A stretch of DNA of 64,000 nucleotides from Camelus dromedarius. Its lineage: Eukaryota. Made by a program: the position numbers and the translations under genes. Within the stretch, counting starts at the first letter, position 1. The number at the start of each line of letters is the position of its first letter. Under the pieces are notes generated by a model. That model was not told the origin of the DNA and did not search any database. It saw only the letters and a list, made by a program, of their open reading frames with translations. The DNA lies in assembly GCF_036321535.1 (NCBI RefSeq), contig NC_087436.1, positions 40,798,001 through 40,862,000 of the forward strand, written 5' to 3'. Shown one piece after another: positions 1 to 12,470 of the stretch.

Positions 1-900
1 TCTCTTTTGAGCAAGGTAGGCATATGCCTTGGCAGAAGGAGGTAAATACATTTCCAAATTTAACTGCTTTTGAGAAAAACATTTTATAAGCAAAGGAATA
101 TTTTTGTTGGGAAAGCATGTTAAAGCATAGGAAAGAAGTTTTTATTCACTCCTATTAAAATACAGCATAGGGCATTTAAGAAAACACTTCACACATCTGT
201 GGACTGGGTTTTTAATTGTTATTTTCATCACTAGAAAGTAAAGGCCTTTTTAAATCACACTATGATTTTAAAACATGAACTATTGGGACATTTCTGGATA
301 TTATTCACTTGGTCTAAAAAGCTTAAGGAAATAAGGCCTTCAGGACTTCTTAAAGTTACAACCTTCAAAAATCACAAACTGAGAACCCAACTTTCACTGA
401 AATCTAGTATCAAACATACTAGGATCAAAACCAGTGTTTCATTAAATTCCACAGAAATAGGTGAGACCTCATTTACTCTAAAGACATATTTGTATTAGTC
501 TAAGCACATGGAAGTTTTAAGATTGGTATTGGTATATAACTAGTAGTCTAAAAATCTTTATGCTCATTAAACCTTTGAAGAGTCTGGCAAAATGCAAACA
601 GAATAACTCTTGATAATATTAGAATTGAAAATTTAAAAAGAATGTGCAATTGTAGAGAGCTATGCCATGCCATAATAAATACATTTAAATATAGCAGCAT
701 TTTAAAATAGTGTTTATCAGGATAGTACATGTATATGATACAAATGGAAAAGCATGAAAAGCAATAAAATAAGACGGCTTTTATGATCCTGCCTTTCATC
801 TTATGCTTCCCAGTTTCCATCTCCAGAGATGCCCAGGCCAGTCTCACTAGCTTATTACAAATACTTTCAGAGACAGACAGATTTGTACACAGATAAACAG

Positions 901-990
901 ACTTACCAGCTATGTGACCTTTGACAAATTACATAATCAGTCCATAACTTACTTTCCTAGACTATAAAATAAGGCGAAGAATTTAGAATG
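901..990 (+). mobile_element. MIR SINE fragment
   Basis: acttaccagctatgtgacctttgacaaattac...ctataaaataagg resembles the MIR core. Confidence 0.6.
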
Positions 991-1256
991 AGATATACAT
1001 TCTTTTTATATATCAATGGCATTAGGCTCTAGTCACTATACTGTGCCTTTTATTTGTTCTCTTTCAAGATCTTGGAGTTCACTCGTTATCAGCTCCATAT
1101 AGATGTTTCCACATTTTTAATAGCTACACTGTGTAAAAAAAGAATATATGTTGATCAATTCGATTAGGAACTGTGTCCCCATCAGACTTGCTGTAAAGTT
1201 TGATACTGTTAACTGCCTTTAAAACAGAAGATAATTTATTCATCCTAATACTTAAC

Positions 1257-1462
1257 ATTTCTCTGATACTTAGCAATATTGAGCATTTTTTTTCATATGT
1301 CTATCGGCCACCTGCATGTCTTCCCTAGAGAAATATTTGTTTAGGTCTTCTGCTCAATTTTGAATTGAGCTGTTTGCTTTTTTGTTATTGAGTTGTATGA
1401 GCTGTCTGTATATTCTGGAAATTAAGCTCTTGTCAGTCACATCATTTGCAAATATTTTCTCT
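1257..1462 (-). mobile_element. L1 ORF2 3' fragment
   Basis: Closely matches 27880-28090 of this window (gcaatattgagc...tattctggaaattaagc...cagtcacatcatttgcaaatatttt). Confidence 0.9.
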
Positions 1463-1739
1463 AGTAGTTTTCTTTCACAATTTTTCACATCTTCAAATAA
1501 TTTAATTAGTTCTATAAATATACTAATAGAAAGCATGAAGGTTTCACTTTCACAGGTTAAATTATTTTTTCAGTCATTAACTGATGTATTCAGCAGTCAC
1601 TGTTCTAGTTGCGTAAGTTACAGCAATAAGCATACAGAACATGAGAGCCTCATGGAGCACTCAATATTAGAGATAAGAGGAAAACAACATGCAGATATTT
1701 TTAAAAATAGTTTTCAAGAGCATTCTGGAACTTCCTAAT

Positions 1740-1890
1740 GTGATAGAGTGCATTTACAAAATACCTAAAGCAAACATCACACTGAATGGGATATTCTTAA
1801 CAGCTTTCCCCCTAAAATAAAAAACAGCACTATCCTTCCGTGATCACATATATCCAGCACTGCATCAAAGGCTTTAGTCACTGCAAGGGG
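1740..1890 (+). mobile_element. Old L1 (L1M) ORF2 fragment
   Basis: aaacatcacactgaatggg...agctttccccctaaaat resembles the L1 RT region. Confidence 0.6.
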
Positions 1891-1944
1891 GCATGATAAT
1901 GAATGAATGAACAATGGATAGTTAAGAATAAAGTCATTTATATG

Positions 1945-2425
1945 TTGGCTATCTAATGATGTCCCAAACTTAGTGGCTTATACAACAACCACCATTTTGT
2001 TAAATCTCAAGGTTTTGCGGGTCAGGAATTCAGCTAGAACTTGGGTAAGAAATTCTTCCACTGTGTGAAGCATAAGCAGAGGTTCCTCTGCGGTGGTACT
2101 CTCCTGGTAGATGGGCTAAATTTGGAACATTCAGAACTGATTTATTCATATGCCTGCTGTGTTGATGGAAATGGCTGGAATCCTCGGCTTAGCTAAGACA
2201 GTGGACCATAAAGCCTGCACACGGCCTCACCAGCATCACGGTCTCAAGGGTAGTCAGAAAATTCACATGTCAAGCCAGAGCTCACAGACACAGCCTAACA
2301 TGAGATGGGAGGTAAAAACTGCCCAGGCTGGGAAATTGGTAAAGAATCATTTCTAATAGCAGAAGCCATTACAAAGCCCACCACGACTCAAGAAAACATT
2401 ACAAAGACTCCATTTCACTGCCACA
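1945..2425 (-). mobile_element. MaLR LTR (MLT1 family)
   Basis: cccaaacttagtggctta..acaacaacca..tctca..gggtcaggaattcag is a typical MLT1 antisense motif. Confidence 0.75.
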
Positions 2426-2893
2426 GTCAGTTACAAGAGAGAAACTAAGCTCTGTGATAAGTACCATGTACAGACTATCTCCTTCAATTCACTCATACAG
2501 TCCATTTTATAGATGAAAAAAATCAAGGCACACAGAGATTAAGTAAATTGGGCAAGCCTTAAAAACTGACTCTTCATTAAAAAAAAAAAAAACAAAAAAC
2601 AAAAACCAGAGAATTTGGGGTGTCACTTTAGAAGAAATATATGCTTTGACAAATCCACAAGTACAGAATACGTCGATTCACATGTATTGACAACAGTATT
2701 AATCAGTTATGCAATATATCAAGAGAAAAAAAAACTCTAGTGACAAAATGACAATTTGTAGACAGCCATGTACAGCGAAAAAAAAAAAGCAGTTTATTTA
2801 AAGTACCAATGAAGCAATGGTATAAAGACGCAAGTAGAAAAACTATTCATGCCATGAAATGTGATCAAATGTACCATATTTGTAGAAAGGAAC

Positions 2894-2927
2894 TGTGTGT
2901 GTGTGAGAGTGTGTGTGTGTGTGTGTG
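2894..2927 (+). repeat. (TG)n microsatellite, interrupted
   Basis: Direct reading. Confidence 0.95.
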
Positions 2928-4699
2928 CTGTTTGTGAGATGCAAAGCTACAGAGCAAGAGGGCAAAGAAAACACGCAGCTCTCAACCAGGGAAAACTAAT
3001 AAATATACATGACTATAAACAGCTTTCCAATGACAAGTACACTGTGTTGTGCATGATTTATATGTTTGGCTCCTGGGCTTGAAAATGAAAATCAGCACTG
3101 GCTCCACAAAAGCTGTTGCATTTTCCTGACCTCCAGCACTACAAGAAACCGTTTGATGGCAGCTTTATTCTCAGAAAGCTAATTGACTGGTTTGTAACTT
3201 TATGCAAATTTCTACCTAGTAATTTCAGTGTGGGGTCAGGAGCAGAGGAGGGTTTCAGTTACTGAGATGTATAATTCTTGGTTAATAAATTATAATAAGC
3301 ACTAGTAAGTAAAGAAACAGTAGCTTAAGGAGAACATGGCAAAGAAGCATTAATTTTCCTCATTAAATGTACTTAATTAGCATAATTCTCCTCTGAGGGC
3401 CAGGAAATAACGAGACTGTCACAGTCCTTGACTATAAATGCTGCTAAATCTGTTTAAAAAAAAAAAAAAAACTACAATTGTAAAAAAAGTCCCCCCTATT
3501 ACATTTGAAGAACTACTTAGAAATGATAAGGAAAGTATGTATGTAAAGTTAACAGTACACTTCTTTAACTGTGTAATTTTATGGCCATAAATAACATATG
3601 CATACATACACTCAAATGTATGCTGTATACATCCTTTTCAAAACAGGTTGAATTTTTTGAGCACATAATGAATTGACGAAGAGTGTATATGTAGTTGGTG
3701 CACATGGTTAAATGGGAATTCGTAAACACCCGAAATACTTCCTGAGAACACATTCTGCAGGACAGATAATAAAACAATCTTCTGAGGACATACCTCATTC
3801 AGCACCTTCAATTATTATGAGGTAGGTGTCATCATCTCCATTTTATATATGAGTTGACTATGGTTCAGAAGGTTAGGAAACTGGCAAAGTTTTTGCTGTA
3901 GTGGGTATGTGAAATTCCAGCACTGGAATTCCCTGCTCAAGCCACAAACCTAGTATCTTTTCACTTTCCATTGAGGCTTTTGTAGAAAGAGACAGATAAT
4001 TTCTGTATTCTATATACATAAATCAATGTGTATTCTGAACATGACCACTGAGCTTTGATCAGTTCCCCAAAGAAAGTCACTGGGGGCTGGGGGGAGGGGA
4101 TGGCAGTACCATGAGCTGTCCACCTAAATCTCTTCCTTAGAACAAAATGACCCAGGGCCCTAGTGGTTAGTCCATTACGCAGTAGTAAGGGAAAGATACT
4201 TTAGTCACCACATTAAATGATTAAAGACCGTATTTAAAATGGGAACTTTCTACTTGCATTCACCATGCCAGGGGCAATGACATGCCCCCCCAAAATACAC
4301 CGCATTATGTGATGTGTATTTCCACATCTCATAATACAACACAGAAGCCTACAAACTAATTTGAGGCACTAAGTAAAATGTTAAATGAAGGATAGTCTGG
4401 GGTATAGAACTTCAAATGAGACTGTTCCATGAGTCACTTTAGGAATAAGACTCCCTAAAAATTAGTGAACTTTACAATTATTTCTGACTCCCTGCTATTA
4501 ACTTTTCATCTAAGTTTACTGGAGGAATGACCTTAATTGTGAAGTGCTTCTGATCTTGTCCTTTTTTTTTTTCTACTTTGCTTGATCGTTTTCCCTTTAA
4601 TAATCATCAATACATACCAGGCATTAGTTTTTCAAACGTTAGAGAGAGTCTGTAAGGTTTCATCCTGTCCTGGTGCTCTGTAAGGGCCATCAGTGTGCT

Positions 4700-6185
4700 G
4701 ATGGATATTGCATTCATATCTTGAGCTTTGAGTCTTCCTGATCTCTGCACTCGTTTATGAAGACATCTCCACTTGTACACTGCAAACCCATTTCAAGCTT
4801 ACCAGGTACAAATGTGACTCTAAGTCATTCTCCCTTGATAACTGGCACATACCATACATTTAATATATTAGATTTTTAATCCTTAGAACAGAAGTATGAG
4901 ATAGTTTCCATTAAGCTTCTCATTTCAAACACAAGGAACTCAAGGCGCTCAGGTTACAGCACCTGCCCATGGACAGCAAGTGGTGAAGATGGGATGCAAA
5001 CTCAGTCTGTCTTCAGAGTCCATCCAATCACCCATGGCCCTCTATTGTCACATCTCTTCAGATCTACCACCAACATACATCTCAGCCTGGATCACTTCTC
5101 TCCAACTTCAATACCACCATTCTGTGACATACATATGCACCTCCGCTCAGATGTCCACTAGGTATCTCACACCATACATGTCAAAAAAGTTTTTGTTCTA
5201 TCCTTTCAGTGATAAAACTTATCATATGTCAAGCCCTGTTCTAAACAAGTTTTAACACAGAATCTCCTTCAATCCTTAGAGCCAGTGATGAGACAGGTAT
5301 TATCATTCTCATTTTATACTTGAGAAAACTAAGGCACAGAGAATGTAAGAAGCTTGCCCAAGGCCAGTAAGTGGTGAAGATGGAGACAGACTTTTTGTCT
5401 CTGGAGCCTACACTCTTACAACTACTGCCCGATACTACTCCTCTTCTCCACCTTCCTGCCACAGGAATGCACCTCTATCCACCCTGCGACTTACCCCCTT
5501 TTGCTACTTCAGTTCTTCCCCACAAAGAATTATTAAGCAGGTCCTTTCAGCACTACTGCCACCATGTATCTTAAACCTGATCACTTCTCCCCATCTCCTC
5601 TGCTATTAGTCTCATTAAGCATTCATTAAGCTCCTAATTTAACTCAACAGCTGATTAACCCTTCCGCCTCTCCTGAAGTCTGTTCTCCTCATGTCAGCCG
5701 GAGCGACCATTTAAAAACCTAAGTAAGGCCCTATCATGGCATTTCCAAGGCCCTCTCCTGCTAAAGTTAGAATAAAATCCAAACTCCTCTCCGTGGCTCA
5801 CCAGACTTCACAGAATTGGGTTCCTGCCTGCTTTTCTGAATGAATCTCACTCCAGGCTCCCTTGCATCAAATGTGCTCCACTCACACTGGTCTTCATTCT
5901 TTCTCTTGACTGTACAAAAATTACTTTACTTTAAGGTCTCAGCCTGGAAATTCACACTGCAGGCTCTTCCCACCTTACAGGTCACAGCCCAAATGTCACA
6001 GTAGTCTTTTCTTAGTCTCCGTCACCAAAGCAGCACTCCCTCCCCCTTGGGCACTCGCTGCCACACTTTCTGTCATTACCTGCTTTGTGTTCTGCATAGT
6101 TCTTACCACATCTGAAATCACTGTATCTGTCCATGGGTTGATTTTCCTCCTTTCCTCACTAGAAGTTTCTCTCACTCTAAACCTC
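4700..6185. mobile_element. L2 fragments interleaved with two MIRs (~4875-5015, ~5270-5420)
   Basis: L2 motifs (agaataaaatccaaactcct, gatgtccac..ggtatctca) and MIR motifs (cattttatacttgagaaaactaaggcacagaga...cttgcccaagg). Confidence 0.75.
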
Positions 6186-6595
6186 AAGCCCTTTCAAACC
6201 TATCCAGTTATGAATCTGACTATGGTAAATAAATAATTTTAAAAGAGTTAAGAGTAAAAAAAAAAAGTTTTTCAGTATGCAAATGTGAAAGATAAGAGGA
6301 AAACAGTTGAGTTCTACAAAAGTACAAGCAGAATGATGTCATATTTCCTTGACGATAAGGGGCTGGTAAAGTTCTTTTCATACCAGAAGCTTTTGCAATT
6401 TCTTACAACAACAGACGATAGACAGTAATTATATAAATATCTTTTAAATACTTTAAGTGTTATATCACAGTTAGATAGTAAGTTGTTCAGGGAAATCAGA
6501 GTGTTTTAGAAAGGTGTCCATCACCCAAAGAGGCTGAAGTCAGGGAGGCCAACCCTGCCTCGTCACAAAATGCCCTTCGTTTAGGCAAAGCTTAC

Positions 6596-6741
6596 CATAT
6601 AGACAGATGATGGGGATTCTAACTCTCGGAGAGGATGTTCTGCTCACTCAACTTTGTACGATTACTATGTTCAAATGAATGGATGCCGAGTCTCCCTCAG
6701 TCATGCTTTAGACAATCTCATACAGTGCAAACTGACAGAGA
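6596..6741 (-). other. Candidate internal exon ending in ATG
   Basis: Acceptor catttctaaag| at 6741 (or tctctgtcag| at 6731) and donor ATG|GTAAGC at 6595. Unique sequence with several retained CpGs. Confidence 0.35.
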
Positions 6742-6877
6742 CTTTAGAAATGATTAAACTGAATTTTTACATCTTATTAGCAAACGAATTGAAAACTAAA
6801 TGAATAATTAGGTAACTTATAAAATCTTTGCACATCAATGGTTACATTACATTCTTATAATAACTAGGTGAAGTAAC

Positions 6878-7208
6878 ACTGTCCCTCAGTATCCACAGAG
6901 CATTGGCTCCAGGTATCCCTGAGGATACCAAAATCCACAGATGCTCAAGTCTCTTATAAAAAATGGTGTAATGTTTGTATATGATCTATACATATTCTCC
7001 CATATATTTTAAATCATGTCTAGATTACTTATAATACTTAATACAATATACATGCTATGTAAAAAGTAGTAAATGCAATGTGAATGCTACGTAAATAGTT
7101 GCCAGTGTGCAATAAATTCAAGTTTTGTTTTTTGGAATATTCTGAAATTTTTTTCATATATTTGCCAATTGCCACAGGTGTGGAACCACAGATATGAAGG
7201 GCAGACTG
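6878..7208 (+). mobile_element. MER2/MER2B-like TcMar-Tigger non-autonomous DNA transposon
   Basis: Degenerate terminal inverted repeats (cactgtccctcagtatcc...gatatgaagggcagactg) and the internal motif ggataccaaaatccacagatgctcaagtc. Confidence 0.88.
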
Positions 7209-8149
7209 GAGGAGGTAAGGCTATTTACACTCTCATTTTTGCAAAGGGATCAGACCCAGTGTCATAACTGTGTAAAAAGTCACATGACCATTAAACTGCC
7301 ATCAACAGGCCCCTGCTGTTCAGGAACAAAACTGGAAAAAGGACACAAGATGCTGCAACTTGTATTTCTAAAAGAGGTTACATAAGCCTTTCTCTGTAAT
7401 ATGCTATTATGTCCAATTAATACATATTTTTTCTTTGTGAAGGAATAAAAATCTAACAAATCAATAAGAAAAATCCCAATAGGAAAATAGACAATTCCAA
7501 TTCCAAAAACTAAAATGGCAATAAACAGTTTAGTTGAGAGAAAAACGGAATACAGTAAACATTTATAAAGAAGGAAGGTGAGTCTAAGCAGAGGGGAAAG
7601 AATAACTGCTGTTAGAATTAAAAGCCCTAGGAGTGAAAAAAGGATGCTCAAGAGACGAGTAGAAAGGAGTAGAATTCCAATGGTGTTTTTAAATTGAGGT
7701 AACTGATGTCAAGATTATAAGATAAACACACTAGTTTAAAAAAGGGTTGGGGGTGGAGAGCTAAACTGAGATGGATAGACACACTGAATGTCAGGGAAGT
7801 CTAAAAACATTTCATTATGTGCCTCACTTAAACCAACAGATTTTTTTCCCCTCTTAAGTTGTACACACAATGAATTTTCTTAGTACGTGTATTTTTTAAT
7901 TCAGGCACAAAACAGTATCACCCTTGTTGTTTTTATTAGGAGTAATGAAATTATCTTCTGGTAATAAAAATAGATTCCTTACTCGAATTTATCGTTTCGA
8001 AACTACATATTAACACAGTTAGACTTCTCTTAAATAAGGTCATTTTTGGGGTGAGATGAGTGTGAGGGGTCAAAAAATTACTTAAGGCACAATAAGCGTG
8101 GTATTAGACTATGATATTGTGACATTTTCCTTAGGAATAAAAGATTTAC

Positions 8150-8216
8150 CTTAGATTCACTGTCTGGTAAAATTCCACTTTTCTGTGTGTGTGTTTGAAG
8201 AAGATGCAATAATTAT
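8150..8216 (-). other. Candidate 67-nt internal exon, probably 5'UTR
   Basis: Acceptor aactatattttcag| and donor AAG|GTAAAT flank non-repeat sequence downstream of exon 1. Confidence 0.35.
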
Positions 8217-8627
8217 CTGAAAATATAGTTAAAACTTCCTTGATATAGAAATATCTTGTTTTGCTATCACTAAAAATATTTCTTAAGTTTTATCGCCTTT
8301 TGGAAAATGTAGGTATATTTCTAACAAGTTAGTTAGAAACATGGGTGCTTTTTTAAGTGGAGTATTATTAGAAGCTTAGGTTTTATTTACTAATAAATCC
8401 CTATGTCAACAAGTGTACATTTATTACCTATTATATCCTGAGCAGGTTTCCATGGGCTATGAGAATTTCAAACAGTGAGGGTTATAGCTCCAGCTGTCTT
8501 TTATTGTGCTAGTTTGCGCCTGTACTCTTTCCTGAATATTGATGATGTTAGATTAAATGATTGCTAAAAATCTTCTGGCTCTAAAATCTTATGATATTCA
8601 TTTACAGAACTATTAATGAAGAATATC

Positions 8628-9145
8628 ATGGTGGATTAAAGCAGATGCAGATTCTTTGCTATTTTGCCCATTAAGACGTAGTATTCATTTCTTCTGTCTG
8701 GTCCCAAAACTGTTAAGCCTATTAGAGCTGGGGAAAGTGATGCTGTGCCAATCCAGGTCTGAGGTTTAAGAATGCCTGGCAGTTTCCACTTTTATGCTTC
8801 TTGGTTACCCTGAGTTTCCATGTAAGAAATGTGGCTACTCTGTCAGGGATAACACACAGAAACAGCAGATGGAGAGAAGAGCCCCTGGGGCACCTTAGAG
8901 AAAAAGGGAGGTACTGTCATCATAAACTACTTGTTGACCTCAGATGAGTCCAGACCCAGCTGCCATCTGATTATAACCACAGGAGACCCCAAGTGAGGCC
9001 AGCAGGAGAACTTCCCAGCTGAGCACAGTCAAGCCACAGAACCATGGGAGAGAGTAAAAGCTACTAAGCTTGCATTTGAGCTTTTAATTTTAATTTGATA
9101 TAAGCTATCAAGTTCTAGGATTATTTGATTACAGAGGTAACTGAT
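8628..9145 (+). mobile_element. MaLR LTR (MLT1G/H-like)
   Basis: tggtggattaaag..attctttgc start; ttcccagctgagcacagtcaa..cacagaaccatg..ctactaag near the end. Confidence 0.75.
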
Positions 9146-9247
9146 CAGGTATTATATCTCAGCATTATAATAAGTATGATTACATTATTTATCCTACAAT
9201 TTATATATTTCAGATCATATATAATACAGCACCTATAGAAACATGTG

Positions 9248-9550
9248 CAGTCAGTTCTGCTATAATCTGACATATGTAGTGCTAAAAAAAATTACCAAAC
9301 TGTGCAAAATCTTGCAGTATGATCAAAAGGCCTATGGGAAACTTGAAGGTAGGTATATATCACTCAGAAACTTTGTCAGTGACACATAAAAATTAAAGCT
9401 AGGAACTGAATTAACATGGCAGCACAGTTTTAAACACATTAAATAATTGACAAATACAGAAATACTACTAACAAAAATGGCACTTCAGCTTGAGAAAGAC
9501 CTGAAGTTTGCAGAGTGGGTGTCAGAGAACCGCAGCTGTAAATTACTGTG
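9248..9550 (+). mobile_element. Old TcMar-Tigger fragment
   Basis: cagtcagttctgctataat..tgtgcaaaatc..cctatgggaaa resembles a Tigger terminus. Confidence 0.55.
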
Positions 9551-9639
9551 ACTCGGCCCTCAGCACCAAAGGGTAGTGAAGTCACAGCTCCACCACAAGG
9601 AAGTATAAAGTCAACATGTGCCTAATTAAAAACAAAACT

Positions 9640-9962
9640 AAAAAGAAAAATCAATGCAAATTCTACTTACAAACCAAAAACGGACTCATGGACATTGAAA
9701 ATAAGCTAGGTTACCAAAGGGGAAACAGCGGGAGGAATAAATTAGGGGTTGGAGATTAACAGACACACTTTACTATACATAATACAGATAAACAACAAGC
9801 ACCTACTGCATAGCACAGGGAACTATATTCAAATTTTTGTAATAACGTATAATGGAAAATAATCTGAAAAGAAAATATATATGTATGTTTATGCATAACC
9901 GAATCACTTTGCTGTACACCTGAAACTAACACTGTAAATCAACTACACTTCAATTAAAAAAT
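9640..9962 (+). mobile_element. 5'-truncated cetartiodactyl L1 3' end
   Basis: ggttaccaaagggga..tagcacagggaactatattc..gctgtacacctgaaactaacactgtaaatcaactac..A tail. Confidence 0.9.
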
Positions 9963-11708
9963 ACATATAAGTTTTTTTTATATCCCCAAACCCACATCAA
10001 CCGTTGTGTGTTTAAATTCCAGCTCATAATAAACTTCACCTGTATGATACATGGTCTAGGAAAAAAATTAAAATACTATCTCAACTATCACTAAAAGTAA
10101 ATTTCGGTTTTACCAAAATTACCTAGATATTTCCTATAAGTTTCAGAAATACTGTTTCCTGCCCCTAAGAAATAGCTAAAAGAAAACGCCATATTGTAAA
10201 TCAACAAAATAAGTAACAAATCTCTTCACAAAAACGTAAGTGTTTTTCTAAGATGTTATTATTTTGGTTTCTCCTTTTTAAGGACACTAAATACACATGT
10301 TAAATAATGAGACTAGTTTTGAGTCAAGATTTTACATATTCAAAGAGATAGCCTCCTATTTTTCCTATTACATACATTTAAATAAAAATAATCAAATAAG
10401 CAAATAATGGGGAAGGCAGATGCTGTGGGAATGGGAAAAAGAGAGAAGCTCTGTTAGAGACGCTTCTTGGTATGTATAGTCCTGTTTTTAAGAATCTCTA
10501 TTTTATATTTGAAGTGCAGGACAGTTTAAAACACATATTTTACGTAGACTTTTGAGAAAGTCACCTAAATAGTATTCTGCTGTAATACAGCTTTGTGGGG
10601 GGTGGGGGAGAAAAAAAAAGACTGACTAAGTGTTTGATTGGTTTCACTTGTCTCACAATACTTACGTATTAGTATTTTAATGTAGGTATTTCCATCTTTT
10701 AAAAGTGTTTTTCTCAAAATCCTTCCAGATTGCCCACATCACTATATTACGATGGTTGATAAAAAGAGAAGTACAACTTTACTCATAACTAAATTTGAGA
10801 TTCAAATGAGTTCCCAGTAAGAGCAACTAATTGAAAAAGATATTAACACACATTGTGTCAAGAAGGAATCCCTTATACTTGTTACATAACTCTAGTCCCT
10901 CAAGCAACAGAGGGCTTAGCTTGCTTAAACAAACCTATTGATGTTAAACAATTAGGAGGGGGTACTTCCTCTTTTCAAAACAGAAATGTTGCAAAAAAGA
11001 GAAACTTACGAATAACTCAGAATAAGAGGTTCGTTTTGTTTTGTTTGATTTAACCTGAATGATTTCAACTGAAAGAAAATTATAGTCACTTGGTCAACTC
11101 TAAAATTGTCTTAGTAATTAAACTGAAGAGAAACATAGGTGCTTCATCTCTTTAAAAGTTAATACTTTCATGAGTCACTATTATAGGATAGACCAAATGA
11201 ATGCACACACTTACCTTAAGTTAAACTTCAAAAAGCTGAATCGGCACTTGAGAAAATGTTAAGCCAGGCAGGATAGAGCAGGGAACTACACTATCCACTC
11301 CCATCTGCTCAGGCCCTTTCGAAAACAGGCTTCATAAGAATCAGCAGTAATGGTAGCGGCCCCATAACCTCGTGCTCGGGAACACGTTACTAAAATTAGC
11401 CATACAAAGTCTGAGAACCAGGTGAGGCTCACAGCACTAGAATGTAACAAGCAAAACTCATCCCGAAGGACTGGCTTAGGACCCACACCTGGACGAGAGA
11501 TGCTAACTAACTTGATAACACGATGCCCAAGCGCTACAGCTATCCTGTAATATGACTTTAAGAATATTTTAAGGGCTTCCATTTAGCTAGAAAGTTAACA
11601 AATATATATACGCAAAAATCTCAGCATACTTTCAAAAACTTTCTAGGACAATGTTTTCAACCCAAAATATTCCAAAGAAGCATTTACTGTTGGTCTAAAT
11701 AAACTTAC

Positions 11709-12090
11709 TCAACCAGGAGAGGAAAGACTGATTCAATAAAACGAGTGGCGGCTTTAGGACCCCTTTCGAGCCGCGAGAAACTCGTCCTGACCGCGCGCCC
11801 CACCTCTGGAGTCCGCATCCCAAGGCGCCGGGTCCGGCTTTTGGGCGAGGACCGCCCGGTCCCTGGTGATTCCCTCGGGCTGCGGGCGTCCCCGGGATCC
11901 TCGGCCTCCGCGGGGACAACGCGGTGCCCGGAGCCGGGCGGGAACGACGCGCGGAAGGCCGGTCCCCCTGGACGCGGCGGGTGGGAGCCTCGGCCGGTCC
12001 CGGAGCGCGGGCGGCGCCGGGCGGGAGCGGCTGCGGGGAGAGCGCGGCGGGCGCGCCGGGGACTCGTGCGCTCGCTCCGACGCGCTCCGC
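11709..12090 (-). other. Putative first (5'UTR) exon of an unidentified minus-strand gene; start position approximate
   Basis: The island ends on the minus strand at a consensus donor GTTGA|GTAAGT (intron starts at 11708), where composition switches to AT-rich. This is typical exon1/intron1 architecture. Confidence 0.65.
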
Positions 12091-12470
12091 GGCCCCGGGA
12101 CCCGCCCCGCCGCGCCGCCGCCGCCCTCACGCCGCCTCCCCGCTGCCGGCCCGCGCGCGCCCGCCCGCCGGGGGAAGGGGAGGGGCCGGGAGCCCGGGGC
12201 TGGAGGCACCTGGGTCTGCTGGGCTCCCGTCCCGCCCATCCAGCTGATCTGCCTGCCCCCGGCCTGGTCTCGGCGTGGGGCCCACGGCGTCCCTCCGACT
12301 CAGGCCAGGCGGCTCCGGGCAGGTTGGTGGCGGCCGCCAAGAAGAACCGGGTCTCCTCGCCTGGGAAGTGGGTGCGAGTGTCCTGAGGCAACGACGGAGG
12401 GCGGCTTTTCGGAGCGCTCCGAAGTTGGTTATAGTCACACACGTGGGCATCTACTCCCAGCTCCTTAGCA
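11740..12470. promoter_or_regulatory. CpG-island promoter, possibly bidirectional
   Basis: Abrupt very GC- and CpG-rich ~730 bp block in an AT-rich, CpG-depleted background. GC boxes (e.g. cccgccccg at ~12101), E-box CACGTG at 12440-12445, G-run cluster at 12170-12199. Confidence 0.95.

Noticed and set aside
11709..12470. Assigning a gene symbol to the CpG-island gene
   Set aside because: No recognisable coding exon is in the window, so any name would be a guess.
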